A DNA stretch of 64,000 bases from a virus (lineage: Duplodnaviria > Caudoviricetes). This document shows positions 23,193-32,741 of the stretch, piece by piece. The DNA lies in the IMG/VR virus record IMGVR_UViG_3300017708_001323, positions 3,780 to 67,779 of that record; one strand, 5' to 3'. Each line of letters begins with the position of its first letter. The first letter of the stretch is position 1. Both the position numbers and the translations under genes were made by a program. Under the pieces are notes generated by a model. It was not told the origin of the DNA, searched no databases, and saw only the letters and a list, made by a program, of their open reading frames with translations.

Positions 23193-24350
23193 TCATATTG
23201 TTGCGTCTGCTGGATAGAATGTTATATCAAAATTATAGACACTTTCCCCAGCGTCATAATTTATATCTAATTTACCCATAACTCCTTGTATACCAGTAAA
23301 ACCAGTAGTGAAAATATCAAAAGTAGCCCCGGCAGGAGAATTATTTGCTTCAGAAGATTTACTAAATCTAGATTCAAAGGGTCCAGTGGGCATGAAGAAA
23401 TTTCTAGCAACATAAGTATCACCATCTGCTTGAATTGTAGAATTGTAAGGTATTTGTATACCCACAATATAATCACCATCACCAGAAAGAGTGTTTATGA
23501 AAGAAAGACCAAAAGTAGGAAGTGCCAAAGCAAGAGCACCTAAAGTAGTTAAAAGATTATCAAGAGTTAATTCCCTATTAATTTCTCTTGAAGAATTATT
23601 TATAATTCCATACAAATCCATTACTTTATCACCAGCAGATTTCTTTTTCCCAGTAGAGCCTCCTTGAAATTTAGAATCAAATGGGTGTCTAAAGTTATGA
23701 GGAGAGACATAACTAAGAATAGATGGTTTAATTTTAGGGTAAGCGCTTTGATTTCCATTTGAACCAGATACATTTTGTTTAATTACAATAGCAGAATTTG
23801 CAAGTCCTGTTTTTTCACTTTTTACAATACTTGCTGTGATTTTTGTTGCTGTTTGATTATTTACCCAATCAGCAACATAACTTGTAAACTGAGTAGTAGT
23901 GGCGTATGTACCTGTATTGGTTTTTATAACTATATTATTTCCGGTCCTACCTAAATTTGAATCTTGTGTAAAAGTCGCTTCATATAATGTACCATCTGTA
24001 GATTTTACTTGAAACTTAGATGCTCCTGCTAAAAGAGCATTAATATTAACACTTGTAACAAAACTATTAGAGAGATAAAAACCATTTCCATAATTTATAC
24101 TTGAAAAATCAACTAAACCCTTAGCAAAAGCGGCACCAGTAGTAAATCTATCATCTGAAATCACACCTTGTATAACAATTAAACTTCGGCTTTTATTCAA
24201 ATCAATAGCGATTCTTGTCCCACCAAGGGCGGGAAAAGAAGTTGGTGTAACTTCTCTTTCAGTTGTTAAGGCAAATGTGGTAGCCTCTAATTCTATTAGA
24301 TTACCGTTTTCTTGAACTAAACGAATTGGTGTACCATTTGATTCAGCCAT
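23193..24350 (-). CDS. Putative distal tail protein, 385 aa
   Basis: Directly follows the tape-measure-position gene; the C-terminus 'GVMGKLDINYDAGESVYNFDITF' is typical of tube-fold/distal tail proteins. Confidence 0.5.
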   Translation of the reverse strand: MAESNGTPIRLVQENGNLIELEATTFALTTEREVTPTSFPALGGTRIAIDLNKSRSLIVIQGVISDDRFTTGAAFAKGLVDFSSINYGNGFYLSNSFVTSVNINALLAGASKFQVKSTDGTLYEATFTQDSNLGRTGNNIVIKTNTGTYATTTQFTSYVADWVNNQTATKITASIVKSEKTGLANSAIVIKQNVSGSNGNQSAYPKIKPSILSYVSPHNFRHPFDSKFQGGSTGKKKSAGDKVMDLYGIINNSSREINRELTLDNLLTTLGALALALPTFGLSFINTLSGDGDYIVGIQIPYNSTIQADGDTYVARNFFMPTGPFESRFSKSSEANNSPAGATFDIFTTGFTGIQGVMGKLDINYDAGESVYNFDITFYPADATI

Positions 24351-24352
24351 CT

Positions 24353-25117
24353 TTACAACCTTCCATGACTTCTATGAAAATCGGCTCTTCTAGTAGTTTC
24401 GGCTTGGATTAAATCACTTATATCTACGGCCATTTTTCTTTTATCACTTCTATCAGTCATACCACTCATTTCAATGTTAATATTGTAAGTAGGGCTACTA
24501 CCACTCATAGCCATACCCATTTTCACTCTATCAGAAAAATCAGCGTGCCTTGCTGGTCCTCCACCACCAAATATATCAAAAATACTAGTATGGTTTTGCT
24601 TTCCATCATGAGTTAAATGAGGAAACCTAAAAGTATTCTCTTTAGGAGTGAATTTAAATAAATGTCTATTACTGTCATTAATCCCAGAACCAAGTGAAGG
24701 TTTAGACCCTAAACCGCCCCCACTTATTACATTGCTAATCGCTTCACCTGTAGATTTTGGTATAATTGAGCCACCGCCCCCACTTATTACATTGCTAATC
24801 GCTTCACCTGTAGATTTTGGTATAATTGAGCCACCGCCCATAATACCAGTTACTGTTTCAGTTACTGTCGCACTGACATTTTCTAGGCTTAAATCTTTTA
24901 ATGCTTTTGCTAAATTTTTTGCACCTTGTATTTGCTCTTCAAAAAAACCAGACATAGCCCCTGATAAGCCTTCAAATGCTGTAAGACCTGCACCAAAAGC
25001 GCTGCTTAATAAACCACCTAATGAAGATATTAAACTAGACATACTTGTAAGACCTAAAGACATTATCTTAATTGTATTAGAAGTATGTGCTAATTGTGTT
25101 TGAATAGGTAGTACCAT
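24353..25117 (-). CDS. Short tape-measure-like protein, 254 aa
   Basis: Sits right after the tail chaperones. It has a G/S/A-rich helical N-terminal half and a C-terminus 'PTYNINIEMSG...MAVDISDLIQ' typical of tape measure ends. Confidence 0.55.
   Translation of the reverse strand: MVLPIQTQLAHTSNTIKIMSLGLTSMSSLISSLGGLLSSAFGAGLTAFEGLSGAMSGFFEEQIQGAKNLAKALKDLSLENVSATVTETVTGIMGGGSIIPKSTGEAISNVISGGGGSIIPKSTGEAISNVISGGGLGSKPSLGSGINDSNRHLFKFTPKENTFRFPHLTHDGKQNHTSIFDIFGGGGPARHADFSDRVKMGMAMSGSSPTYNINIEMSGMTDRSDKRKMAVDISDLIQAETTRRADFHRSHGRL
24713..24839. repeat. Exact 60-bp tandem duplication (20 aa, GGGSIIPKSTGEAISNVISG x2)
   Basis: Sequence lines 24721 and 24781 are identical for 59 nt. Confidence 0.95.
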
Positions 25118-25395
25118 CAGAAGTCCTCCAATTCAAGGAAAGAGTAATCTACTTTAACTGTTTCATTACCAGTGGTGTTTTCTTTATTTGCTTTCTCTCG
25201 GTTTCTATTTTTTTCCTCTTCAACAGCGATGGCCCAAACATAAGATTGTGTGAATACTTCTGGAGTCATGTTTAGTACCTCGGTTAATGAAATGCCATAG
25301 TGTTTAGCCACTATGTAGGCAAGCATTTGAAATTGCAATTCTATATCTTCAAGCGTTTTTGATTTAGGCTTTTGAAGAAATTCTTGCAATTTCAA
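25117..25395 (-). CDS. Tail assembly chaperone, C-terminal (gpT-like) part; probably reached by a -1 frameshift
   Basis: Begins only with TTG, in the -1 frame relative to the upstream chaperone. 'AKHYGISLTEVLNMTPEVF' is typical of gpT-type segments. Confidence 0.65.
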   Translation of the reverse strand: MKLQEFLQKPKSKTLEDIELQFQMLAYIVAKHYGISLTEVLNMTPEVFTQSYVWAIAVEEEKNRNREKANKENTTGNETVKVDYSFLELEDF

Positions 25396-25754
25396 TTGCT
25401 TGCTTTGGTAAACCCCCCTTGCATTACCTTCGCTAATTCTTCAGGATTAGGCAAATGTAAGGCAATTTGTTGACCTACAAAGCCACTTAAGTTTAATAAT
25501 TCATCGACTGATAAATGAGGGTTTGTGCGTATAACCCAATTTTTAAAGGCGTAACGCCAATATGCTTCTAAATCTAAAGAAACTTCACCGTTTGTTATTA
25601 CAAACATTTCTTGCGCTGCTTTCTGTATATCAAAAAACGACATATTTCGCACCCATATTTCCATGATAGCCTCGCTATCATCTGGGTCTACTTGTATTTC
25701 GTGTCGTCTTTCATTCATTTGATTCATTATTCTGTTTTTGTCCACTATTGGCAT
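25392..25754 (-). CDS. Tail assembly chaperone (gpG-like), 120 aa
   Basis: Small acidic ORF between the tail tube and the tape measure, with a GGAGG-like RBS; ends in a G6-TTT run. Confidence 0.65.
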   Translation of the reverse strand: MPIVDKNRIMNQMNERRHEIQVDPDDSEAIMEIWVRNMSFFDIQKAAQEMFVITNGEVSLDLEAYWRYAFKNWVIRTNPHLSVDELLNLSGFVGQQIALHLPNPEELAKVMQGGFTKASN

Positions 25755-26517
25755 CTTCTTCCACCTCGGTTGCAGCCGTATCTACGGGGGCATCCAACGT
25801 TTCTTCAACAGCCGTAACGGGTGTTACGGGGGTTTCGGTTACGTCATTTTGGTTGCTTTGTGGACCTTCATCATCTTGGCGTAAGCGAAGTACGACTTCG
25901 GCCTTTGTACCTCGAATAGTAATGTTTCTTTTACGACATTCCTCTCTTAGTTCGACCACGGTCCACGAATTATAATCATTTGATTGAAACATAACGTTTG
26001 CTTCAATTGTTTGTATAGGGGGTGTTATTTCCTCTTCTTGTATATCGACCACAGGATGCTCGTCAACTCCAACGTAACTGTCCTCGCTGTCTCCATCTTC
26101 TGCATCAAGTTCTGTAGGTTTTTCAACAATTTCTTCAACTCCTTCGACTTCTAAAGCGGCTTCAACCCAAGTAGGTGTTTCTTCTTCTACTACCACTGTG
26201 GTTTCTTCTTTTTCACTTTCACTTTCACTTTTAATTTCACCTAGTCTACTCATTCTAGGCTGGGGTCTATTCATTTGAAAAAGTTCAGGTTCTTCTTCTA
26301 TTTCAGGTTCTTCTTCTATTTCAGGTTCTTCTTCTATTTCAGGTTCTATATCTTCAGGAAGATACTTCATGAAAACCTCATCTATTTGAATACGATTTCT
26401 ATGTCTCATCATTTCAGCCTTGAAAGGAATTCCTGTTTGTTCGCACATCCATTCTATGTAATTGAATTTATCAGTTCTATTGAAAATAACAACTCTTTGA
26501 GACTCATCAGGTAACAT
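25711..26517 (-). CDS. Acidic protein with a SAP DNA-binding domain, 268 aa
   Basis: YNSWTVVELREECRKRNITIRGTKAEVVLRL matches the SAP consensus; E-rich linker. Confidence 0.75.
   Translation of the reverse strand: MLPDESQRVVIFNRTDKFNYIEWMCEQTGIPFKAEMMRHRNRIQIDEVFMKYLPEDIEPEIEEEPEIEEEPEIEEEPELFQMNRPQPRMSRLGEIKSESESEKEETTVVVEEETPTWVEAALEVEGVEEIVEKPTELDAEDGDSEDSYVGVDEHPVVDIQEEEITPPIQTIEANVMFQSNDYNSWTVVELREECRKRNITIRGTKAEVVLRLRQDDEGPQSNQNDVTETPVTPVTAVEETLDAPVDTAATEVEEDANSGQKQNNESNE
26284..26347. repeat. 18-bp tandem repeat x3.5 (IEEEPE)
   Basis: ttcaggttcttcttctat repeated in tandem. Confidence 0.9.
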
Positions 26518-26529
26518 ATTATTTTCTCC

Positions 26530-28500
26530 TTAACTGTGTAGTAATGTGTCTTTCGCTATTACATGCATACTCTTAGGCATTATTTTCATAACAGAACGTA
26601 GAGGCCCTTTATCTTCAGGTATAGGAAGAGGGGCTTCAGTAATATAGTAATCATCAATTACTATATCTAAAGATTCACGAGTAGAACCTGTACCTTGTTT
26701 TGTGAAAGAAAGTCTAATCATATCAGCGTCAGTTGTATCGCTAGTATCTTCATCAAAATTGTCTATACCTCTTCTCATACGATGATAAAATACAGGGTCG
26801 TCCACTATGATTTCCATTTCTAAATCATATTCAGTTTTACCCTCAACTGCTAGTGAAGCGTTTCTTGTTCCAGCAAATGGTACTTGGTCTGTTTCAGCAT
26901 CAGCGATATGAGCGCCGTTAATTGTGTAATATTGTTGTACACCTGTGCTTCCATTTAATGTGAAGGAAACTACTTGACCTAATTGCACACCTGCAACTTG
27001 AATTGTTCCATTATAGAACATAAATGGTTTTTGTGTTCTTTTTGCGATACCCGCTTCTTTTCTTTTTACTTCGTTATTAGCAGTATCTTCAAACAATCTG
27101 TGCGTGTCGTATCTATCACCTTTTGTACCTTCAAGACGACCAGTATCAGTGTAAACTAATGTACTATCAAAATCAACTGATAGACGTAATGCAGCATCAG
27201 TATCTGCGACCATTGAAAAGTTCTTTACTTTACAACCTCTAAATACGCGAGTTAATTGTTTAGAATCAGAAACCCCACCATCAAAAGTTCCTTCATCACT
27301 ATCTGCATCAGTTCTTCTTACGCTAACTTCCATAGCAAAAGAAGGTACTGTAGTTCGACTAAAAATTAATCTTTCTACAGGGTTTACTAGACTTCCTGTA
27401 GAGGGTGTTAAGTGAGGGGAACCATTAGATGAATCTGTTTGAAATCTATTAAATTTTATAGAAGTAGCGTTAGCGTGTGCAAAATTAAATGGGTCGTCTA
27501 CCCATATTCGTCCAGCACCACTACCAGTATCTTGAATATGTACTATTCTTCTTACTTCTTGCTTTGTTGCTTTAGAAATTATACTATTAGCGCCTTCCGT
27601 GGGCCAAGTACCATCACTTGCTGTTTCTCTATGAACTTTAATATCAGTTGTGTTCGAATCGGCTATTATCACGTAATCACCAGCAGCAACAGGAACTGAA
27701 TCAAAAATTGGGGCGCTAGAGCCTCCAGAATATGTAAAACTAGAATCACCAACTTCTATCGCTGCTGAAATAAAACTAGCGCCACCTGTTTCTTTTGTGG
27801 CATCAGAAACATTCGTTGCTTCATTCCCAAGGCAATAATACAACCATCTAGCGTTGTGAATATTACATTCAAAAGAGCCGTCTAAATTAAGAAACCTTCC
27901 CGGTACTTGAACAGCGACATCCCTTCCTAAACCAACAACATGATACCTCTTTAAATCGACTTTAGTTTCAGGTAAAGTTACTGTACTTACTAATCCTACA
28001 AATTGGTCTGTTAGACTTCTTTCTTTTGAGACAAGAGCACTAGTGTTGTATGCCATTCCCGTATCAATAGAGGGTGTAGAAAATGGTAAAATACGCATAA
28101 ACTCATTTGCTACAGAGTCTTTGTTACCACCACTATGGTCTGTTTTTAGAGCAGGAGTTATGGTTAACTCCGTAGCACCACCTACCACAGCGTGTTTGAT
28201 GATTGTGAATGTTCTACCAGATTTCATATAATCATCAGCAGTTAAGAAATTAGTTCCTTGAAGATTTGTAAAAGCAATTTTTGAACCCACGAGCATTCCT
28301 ATCGGTGCTTTCAACACACCAGACACAACAATTCCTGCGCCACCACTAAAAGTAATAATTGAGGTATCTTTATCTAAATCACGAGTGCCAGTTTTTGCTC
28401 TAAAAAGAAAAGATGAGGCGTAATTGTGAGGTAGGTCAATTCCACTTTCATGACCGAATGTTACTTCGGTTAAATCTCCTTTATACACTCGGCTCGGCAT
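26530..28500 (-). CDS. Tail tube protein with inserted accessory domains, 656 aa
   Basis: Tube-type segments (LTRVFRGCKVKNFSMVAD..LRLSVDF; PFMFYNGTI..VVSFTLNG; EGKTEYDLEMEI); canonical position before the chaperones. Confidence 0.7.
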   Translation of the reverse strand: MPSRVYKGDLTEVTFGHESGIDLPHNYASSFLFRAKTGTRDLDKDTSIITFSGGAGIVVSGVLKAPIGMLVGSKIAFTNLQGTNFLTADDYMKSGRTFTIIKHAVVGGATELTITPALKTDHSGGNKDSVANEFMRILPFSTPSIDTGMAYNTSALVSKERSLTDQFVGLVSTVTLPETKVDLKRYHVVGLGRDVAVQVPGRFLNLDGSFECNIHNARWLYYCLGNEATNVSDATKETGGASFISAAIEVGDSSFTYSGGSSAPIFDSVPVAAGDYVIIADSNTTDIKVHRETASDGTWPTEGANSIISKATKQEVRRIVHIQDTGSGAGRIWVDDPFNFAHANATSIKFNRFQTDSSNGSPHLTPSTGSLVNPVERLIFSRTTVPSFAMEVSVRRTDADSDEGTFDGGVSDSKQLTRVFRGCKVKNFSMVADTDAALRLSVDFDSTLVYTDTGRLEGTKGDRYDTHRLFEDTANNEVKRKEAGIAKRTQKPFMFYNGTIQVAGVQLGQVVSFTLNGSTGVQQYYTINGAHIADAETDQVPFAGTRNASLAVEGKTEYDLEMEIIVDDPVFYHRMRRGIDNFDEDTSDTTDADMIRLSFTKQGTGSTRESLDIVIDDYYITEAPLPIPEDKGPLRSVMKIMPKSMHVIAKDTLLHS

Positions 28501-28509
28501 ACTAACACC

Positions 28510-28959
28510 TCATGGGATAAGTTCACTAAAGATAACTACTTCTACTTGGAACGTGGTTCTGAAGAGAAATTTAGTCCTATCTGATAAGTCTGTACGAGTT
28601 TTGTAGACCATTCTATCATGATTTACACCGTCACCATTTCTTACTAAATGAATACATCTTCTGATTTCATTTTCCATCAATTGCTGTTGCTTTCTACTCT
28701 TCATAGTACGTGCATCTAAGGTGATATTAATTCTAGTAGTTACAAAATCATAAAGGATTTCTGGAGTCTCTTCATTATGGGCTGTCTCAAAAACAAAAAT
28801 GTAATCATGTTTTTTCAAATCTATTCTCTTACCTCTCTCTGGGGCAGTTTCTGCCATATCCACAATTATTGGTTTAATACCATTAGTATTACCTCTATTC
28901 CAATTATCTTGGAGAGTTTTAATTACTAAATCTATTCCTTCTAGCCACGTCGCTACCAA
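28510..28959 (-). CDS. Putative tail terminator/completion protein, 149 aa
   Basis: Size, position before the tube gene and alternating beta-strand pattern. Confidence 0.55.
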   Translation of the reverse strand: MVATWLEGIDLVIKTLQDNWNRGNTNGIKPIIVDMAETAPERGKRIDLKKHDYIFVFETAHNEETPEILYDFVTTRINITLDARTMKSRKQQQLMENEIRRCIHLVRNGDGVNHDRMVYKTRTDLSDRTKFLFRTTFQVEVVIFSELIP

Positions 28960-29308
28960 TTTTTTCCACCTCCTTCAAATGATAAGTTGTATCAGGTACA
29001 ATAGAACCACCACGGTATTCAATATTACTCTTTCTTAACTCAGGTGATTCTGTAAGTATTCTTTTATCTATAAACTCATTTACTGTGCTCTTATATTCTT
29101 CAGAAACAGGATTACCATCTATATCTTCAAAACTACCATCAGTGTTTTCTTTTATTTGTGCTAAACCGTATTCCTGTCTTTTGATTCTATCTTTGTATTC
29201 AGAATCTTGTAAAATAAAATCTTTCAACTGTTTTTGTGTTTCTTTATCATTAGCAAAAGCATCACTAACTTGTTTTAAGAATATTTTAGTTTCTCTTGAT
29301 GACTTCAA
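28919..29308 (-). CDS. Hypothetical neck-region protein, 129 aa
   Basis: Coupled ORF between the adaptor and terminator candidates. Confidence 0.5.
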   Translation of the reverse strand: MKSSRETKIFLKQVSDAFANDKETQKQLKDFILQDSEYKDRIKRQEYGLAQIKENTDGSFEDIDGNPVSEEYKSTVNEFIDKRILTESPELRKSNIEYRGGSIVPDTTYHLKEVEKIGSDVARRNRFSN

Positions 29309-30870
29309 ACGAAGGCCACCACCTCTATATATCTAGGAAGCATTCTATCAATATCCTGTTGATAAAGTTGGATTTTAGATGTTAAATCAACATTTTGTGA
29401 ACCTTCAGGAATCAACACACTTCTATCATCTGAAAGTAATATATCAATAGCGACCATCTTAGTACAGATATCTTCTATTGCCTTCTCTAAATATCGCTCT
29501 CCGTATATGTATGAAACTTTTACAGCATTCCATTCAAAGAAAGGATATGAGTTATTGAAATAGATAATTCCCATTTCGCTGTCTAACCACCAATCTCTCA
29601 ATCTACCTTGGTCCCCACTAGCACTACCACCTTGTAAATCGACGGAAAAATTATGTTGAGTAAGTGTCCCTGAAATGTCTGATAAAGCAGAACCAACAAC
29701 TATTACGCAACCAGTAAAAGTTGTACTAGTTTTTCCAGTATATCTAAAAACATCACCAGTAGCATCCACAACGACACCAGCGTCAGCAAATCCAGTTGTG
29801 CTGTTTACAGTTATAGTAGTACTAAGTAAACTAACAAAAGTAGCGGTTCTAACAGCAGTTTGCTCTATTTCTATAGAGTCGTCTGTTACTACTATGCTTC
29901 CAGATTCACCTGATTGGGTTGCCCTCATACTAGATACTTTCACAATTCCAGTACCGTAATCAGAATTAGCAGTAGCCAAAAACTCATTATGAACTGCTAC
30001 ATTATCAGTACTACCTTCAAGAGTAAAAGCAGGAGAAAAATCTACAGCAGTTTTACCTATCCTATCTTCTTTGTTAATTAAATCAGCAAGATTTTGTGCA
30101 GTAGTAATTTTATCAAAATCTGCTCTCCATTGATTTGTACCAGTTCCGATTGTAAGTACAGCCGCGTTCCCGTTACCCGGAGACATTACTATTGAGCCAC
30201 CTAATGCCCTAACAGAATCTGGTATTTTAATACGGGCTTCAGCAGAGCCAATTTCTCTGTAATCGTCTCCTTGCCACAATTCTATACGCAACATTTGCTG
30301 AACATTACGGAACAATAGGGGGGTTGTACCAACATAATCTGTGTAATATCGTCTCCTATATGGTTTGTAGGTGTCAAAATTGATATATTCTGCTGAAACT
30401 AGATTTGGTCTCCAAGAATTATGAGTAATATTATCTATCCTATCTTGGCATCTTTTTATGAGTTCTTCAACTTTAGAACGCTTTACTCCTCTTGTTCTCC
30501 CGTTAGTAAAAGAGGCTTGATTTTGGACATAGGTATTATCTGCCGATTGATAATCAGCAGCCGTAATACTACTTGTGAAATTTAATTTTACACCATTTAC
30601 AGATGTGGTAATAGATGAAATAGTTCTATCTATTCCTAGAGGGTCAGCGTCTGAATAGATAAGGATTGTATCACCAACAGCCCAACCACAATTTCTGTAG
30701 TCTGCTCCTGTGATATATACCCCGTCAGAATCACTATCTGCTGCAACTGCAACTTCTGTTTGCGGTCCTATTTCTAGTAAGTCTGCTACTTTTTGAGCAG
30801 TTGTATATACAATAGCATCAGGGTCTAAAGGTCTTGTCTCTGCCTCACCGGGACTGAACACTTGTGGCAT
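29305..30870 (-). CDS. Head-tail adaptor/connector protein with inserted beta domains, 521 aa
   Basis: YTTAQKVADLL at the N-terminus, VEELIKRCQDRIDNIT, and VKVSYIYG..AIEDICTKMVAIDIL are gp15/gp6-type adaptor hallmarks. Confidence 0.7.
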   Translation of the reverse strand: MPQVFSPGEAETRPLDPDAIVYTTAQKVADLLEIGPQTEVAVAADSDSDGVYITGADYRNCGWAVGDTILIYSDADPLGIDRTISSITTSVNGVKLNFTSSITAADYQSADNTYVQNQASFTNGRTRGVKRSKVEELIKRCQDRIDNITHNSWRPNLVSAEYINFDTYKPYRRRYYTDYVGTTPLLFRNVQQMLRIELWQGDDYREIGSAEARIKIPDSVRALGGSIVMSPGNGNAAVLTIGTGTNQWRADFDKITTAQNLADLINKEDRIGKTAVDFSPAFTLEGSTDNVAVHNEFLATANSDYGTGIVKVSSMRATQSGESGSIVVTDDSIEIEQTAVRTATFVSLLSTTITVNSTTGFADAGVVVDATGDVFRYTGKTSTTFTGCVIVVGSALSDISGTLTQHNFSVDLQGGSASGDQGRLRDWWLDSEMGIIYFNNSYPFFEWNAVKVSYIYGERYLEKAIEDICTKMVAIDILLSDDRSVLIPEGSQNVDLTSKIQLYQQDIDRMLPRYIEVVAFV

Positions 30871-31169
30871 TATTCTCTTGCCTCCTCACTCCTTTCCGCC
30901 ATATTATATTCCATTGGTTTATTACATGACCCGCATGTTTCTCTAAACATAAAATGCAAGAAACCACAGTAGCGACATCGAGTACCAGAACCAATATTTA
31001 GGATATCTCCTATGTTCTTATTTCGTTGTCGCTGCTGTGATACCACTCCTGCTAGTGGTTTTTGTGTATCGAAAACCGCACCCTCACCTATACTAGATGA
31101 GTAACGAACATTTGTTTTTTGAGCAACGTCTAAGTCCTCAATGTCCATTTCACGGAGTTCAAATCCCAT
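30870..31169 (-). CDS. Small Zn-ribbon protein
   Basis: CRYC...CGSC motif; start reassigned to the ATG at 31169 behind a GAGGTG RBS. Confidence 0.65.
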   Translation of the reverse strand: MGFELREMDIEDLDVAQKTNVRYSSSIGEGAVFDTQKPLAGVVSQQRQRNKNIGDILNIGSGTRCRYCGFLHFMFRETCGSCNKPMEYNMAERSEEARE

Positions 31170-31179
31170 GTATGACACC

Positions 31180-31374
31180 TCATACATAGGTCAAGACAAT
31201 AAATGCCTGTCCTAAAACTATTACAGGTTCAGCCGCTATTAAACTAGTAGTGCTTGAAGCACCAGTTAGTGTACCTACTGCTGTATCTATAGTAGTTGCT
31301 AGGGTAGTGGTATCAGAAAATTGCTTCGGACTAAAAGGTCCAACAATTTTGAACTTAGGGTCTATTGAAGCCAT
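31180..31374 (-). CDS. Small virion protein, paralog B
   Basis: FKIVGPFSPKQFSDTTTLATTI; start at 31374 overlaps the upstream stop (TAATG). Confidence 0.7.
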   Translation of the reverse strand: MASIDPKFKIVGPFSPKQFSDTTTLATTIDTAVGTLTGASSTTSLIAAEPVIVLGQAFIVLTYV

Positions 31375-31574
31375 TAACTCACCACCCATGATAATTTTAT
31401 GTAAACATTACCTAACATTGAAAAAGGTACTGAATCAATGAGAGTATTAGTATCACTACTCTCTCCCAAAGACCCAGCAGCCGTATTTATTGTAGCAGCC
31501 AATGTAGTAGTATCACTGAACTCTTTTGGGGAAAAGGGTCCAATAATCTTGTACGATGTTGCTATGTTAGCCAC
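31374..31574 (-). CDS. Small virion protein, paralog A, 66 aa
   Basis: YKIIGPFSPKEFSDTTTLAATI; GGTGA RBS. Confidence 0.7.
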   Translation of the reverse strand: MANIATSYKIIGPFSPKEFSDTTTLAATINTAAGSLGESSDTNTLIDSVPFSMLGNVYIKLSWVVS

Positions 31575-31587
31575 TTAAATCACCGCC

Positions 31588-31869
31588 TTAATTGCGGCGA
31601 CCAAAAGCGTACCATGTTCCATCTTGACCTGCAACACTTTGTATTACTAATGTAGAGCCGTTGATGAGGGAGAAAACTCCGTCAACTCCAGCCCCTGTGC
31701 CAGCAGTAGAAGAGCCAGCATTTGCGCTTGCTCCTATAATTCCTGCTAACATTGAAGAAAGGTCGATGTTTCCACCTGTATCACTTCCTCCATTAGTAAA
31801 AGTTCCAGTGACCATCAAAAGGTCACCAATGTAATGCGGTCTTGTGTCTATTGTACTTGCAAATGCCAT
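31588..31869 (-). CDS. Putative head decoration/fibre protein, 93 aa
   Basis: G/A/T-rich beta-type sequence downstream of the capsid gene. Confidence 0.5.
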   Translation of the reverse strand: MAFASTIDTRPHYIGDLLMVTGTFTNGGSDTGGNIDLSSMLAGIIGASANAGSSTAGTGAGVDGVFSLINGSTLVIQSVAGQDGTWYAFGRRN

Positions 31870-31875
31870 AATTTA

Positions 31876-32304
31876 TCACTCCATATTATTATCTGTTGTT
31901 TCTTCCACAACGGGTTCTTCTATAACTTCTTCTATAACTTCTTCCTCTATTACTGGTTCTTCAATAACTTCTGGTTCTACTATAGGCGGGTTTAGATGAG
32001 AATCTACCATTGCTAAAAGAGATGTTTTTGTTCTGTATGAGCCGGACAAGTCTACGCCTTGTTCACCGAGCCATTTGACAATGGCGCCCCTACGCCATGA
32101 AGCGTCAGGTATACCATCATTTCCTTCGTCTCTGTGAACTGCTTCACTTCCTTCTACGGTGAAATAAGGGGTAACTAAGTATCGGCTGAACTCGTCAACC
32201 CATGCTTGAGTTACTTCCCTTACTTCTCCGCGTGTAAAGTCCGGGCTATACGCATCAGGGCTTCTTCTATAGAAAGAAGGACCATTATATCGTACAGTCG
32301 GCAT
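31876..32304 (-). CDS. Hypothetical protein with an acidic (EEPVI) tail, 142 aa
   Basis: GGTGG RBS; WRRGAIVKWL...TKTSLLAMV resembles a HeH/Rho-N-like helix pair. Confidence 0.55.
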   Translation of the reverse strand: MPTVRYNGPSFYRRSPDAYSPDFTRGEVREVTQAWVDEFSRYLVTPYFTVEGSEAVHRDEGNDGIPDASWRRGAIVKWLGEQGVDLSGSYRTKTSLLAMVDSHLNPPIVEPEVIEEPVIEEEVIEEVIEEPVVEETTDNNME

Positions 32305-32316
32305 ACTTTATCCACC

Positions 32317-32724
32317 TTATTCTACAATCATCCAGCATGTAACTAATGCATCAGATGTGGATGTAACCTTGAAAGTAGCAACACCAGCACTGCTGATTGC
32401 TTGTTTTAATGTTACACCTGCTGCTGCTGTAGAATTGTCTCCAATTATTACAGCCTTAATTTTTGTAGCATCCCCACTTAGAGTAAGGGTTTCATCGTTA
32501 GCAAGTGCTGTAGTGAATCTACCGCATACTAACTTTGCACCACCTGTTGCGTTTGTTGTGTTACTGTTTTTTGCTTGGAATCCGTCAAGAGAGCCGGGAT
32601 ATGAATCCGCTGCTGCTCCGCCGTCTAACCATGCTGTGTCGTCTACTGATGTTCCTGCGTATAAGTCCAGAGCGAAATCCTCTGTAAATACCGCACTCGC
32701 GCTTGTTGTATATGTAATTGCCAT
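32317..32724 (-). CDS. Putative capsid decoration protein, 135 aa
   Basis: Immediately downstream of the MCP with a strong GGAGATGA RBS; A/T-rich. Confidence 0.55.
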   Translation of the reverse strand: MAITYTTSASAVFTEDFALDLYAGTSVDDTAWLDGGAAADSYPGSLDGFQAKNSNTTNATGGAKLVCGRFTTALANDETLTLSGDATKIKAVIIGDNSTAAAGVTLKQAISSAGVATFKVTSTSDALVTCWMIVE

Positions 32725-32741
32725 ATTTCATCATCTCCTGT

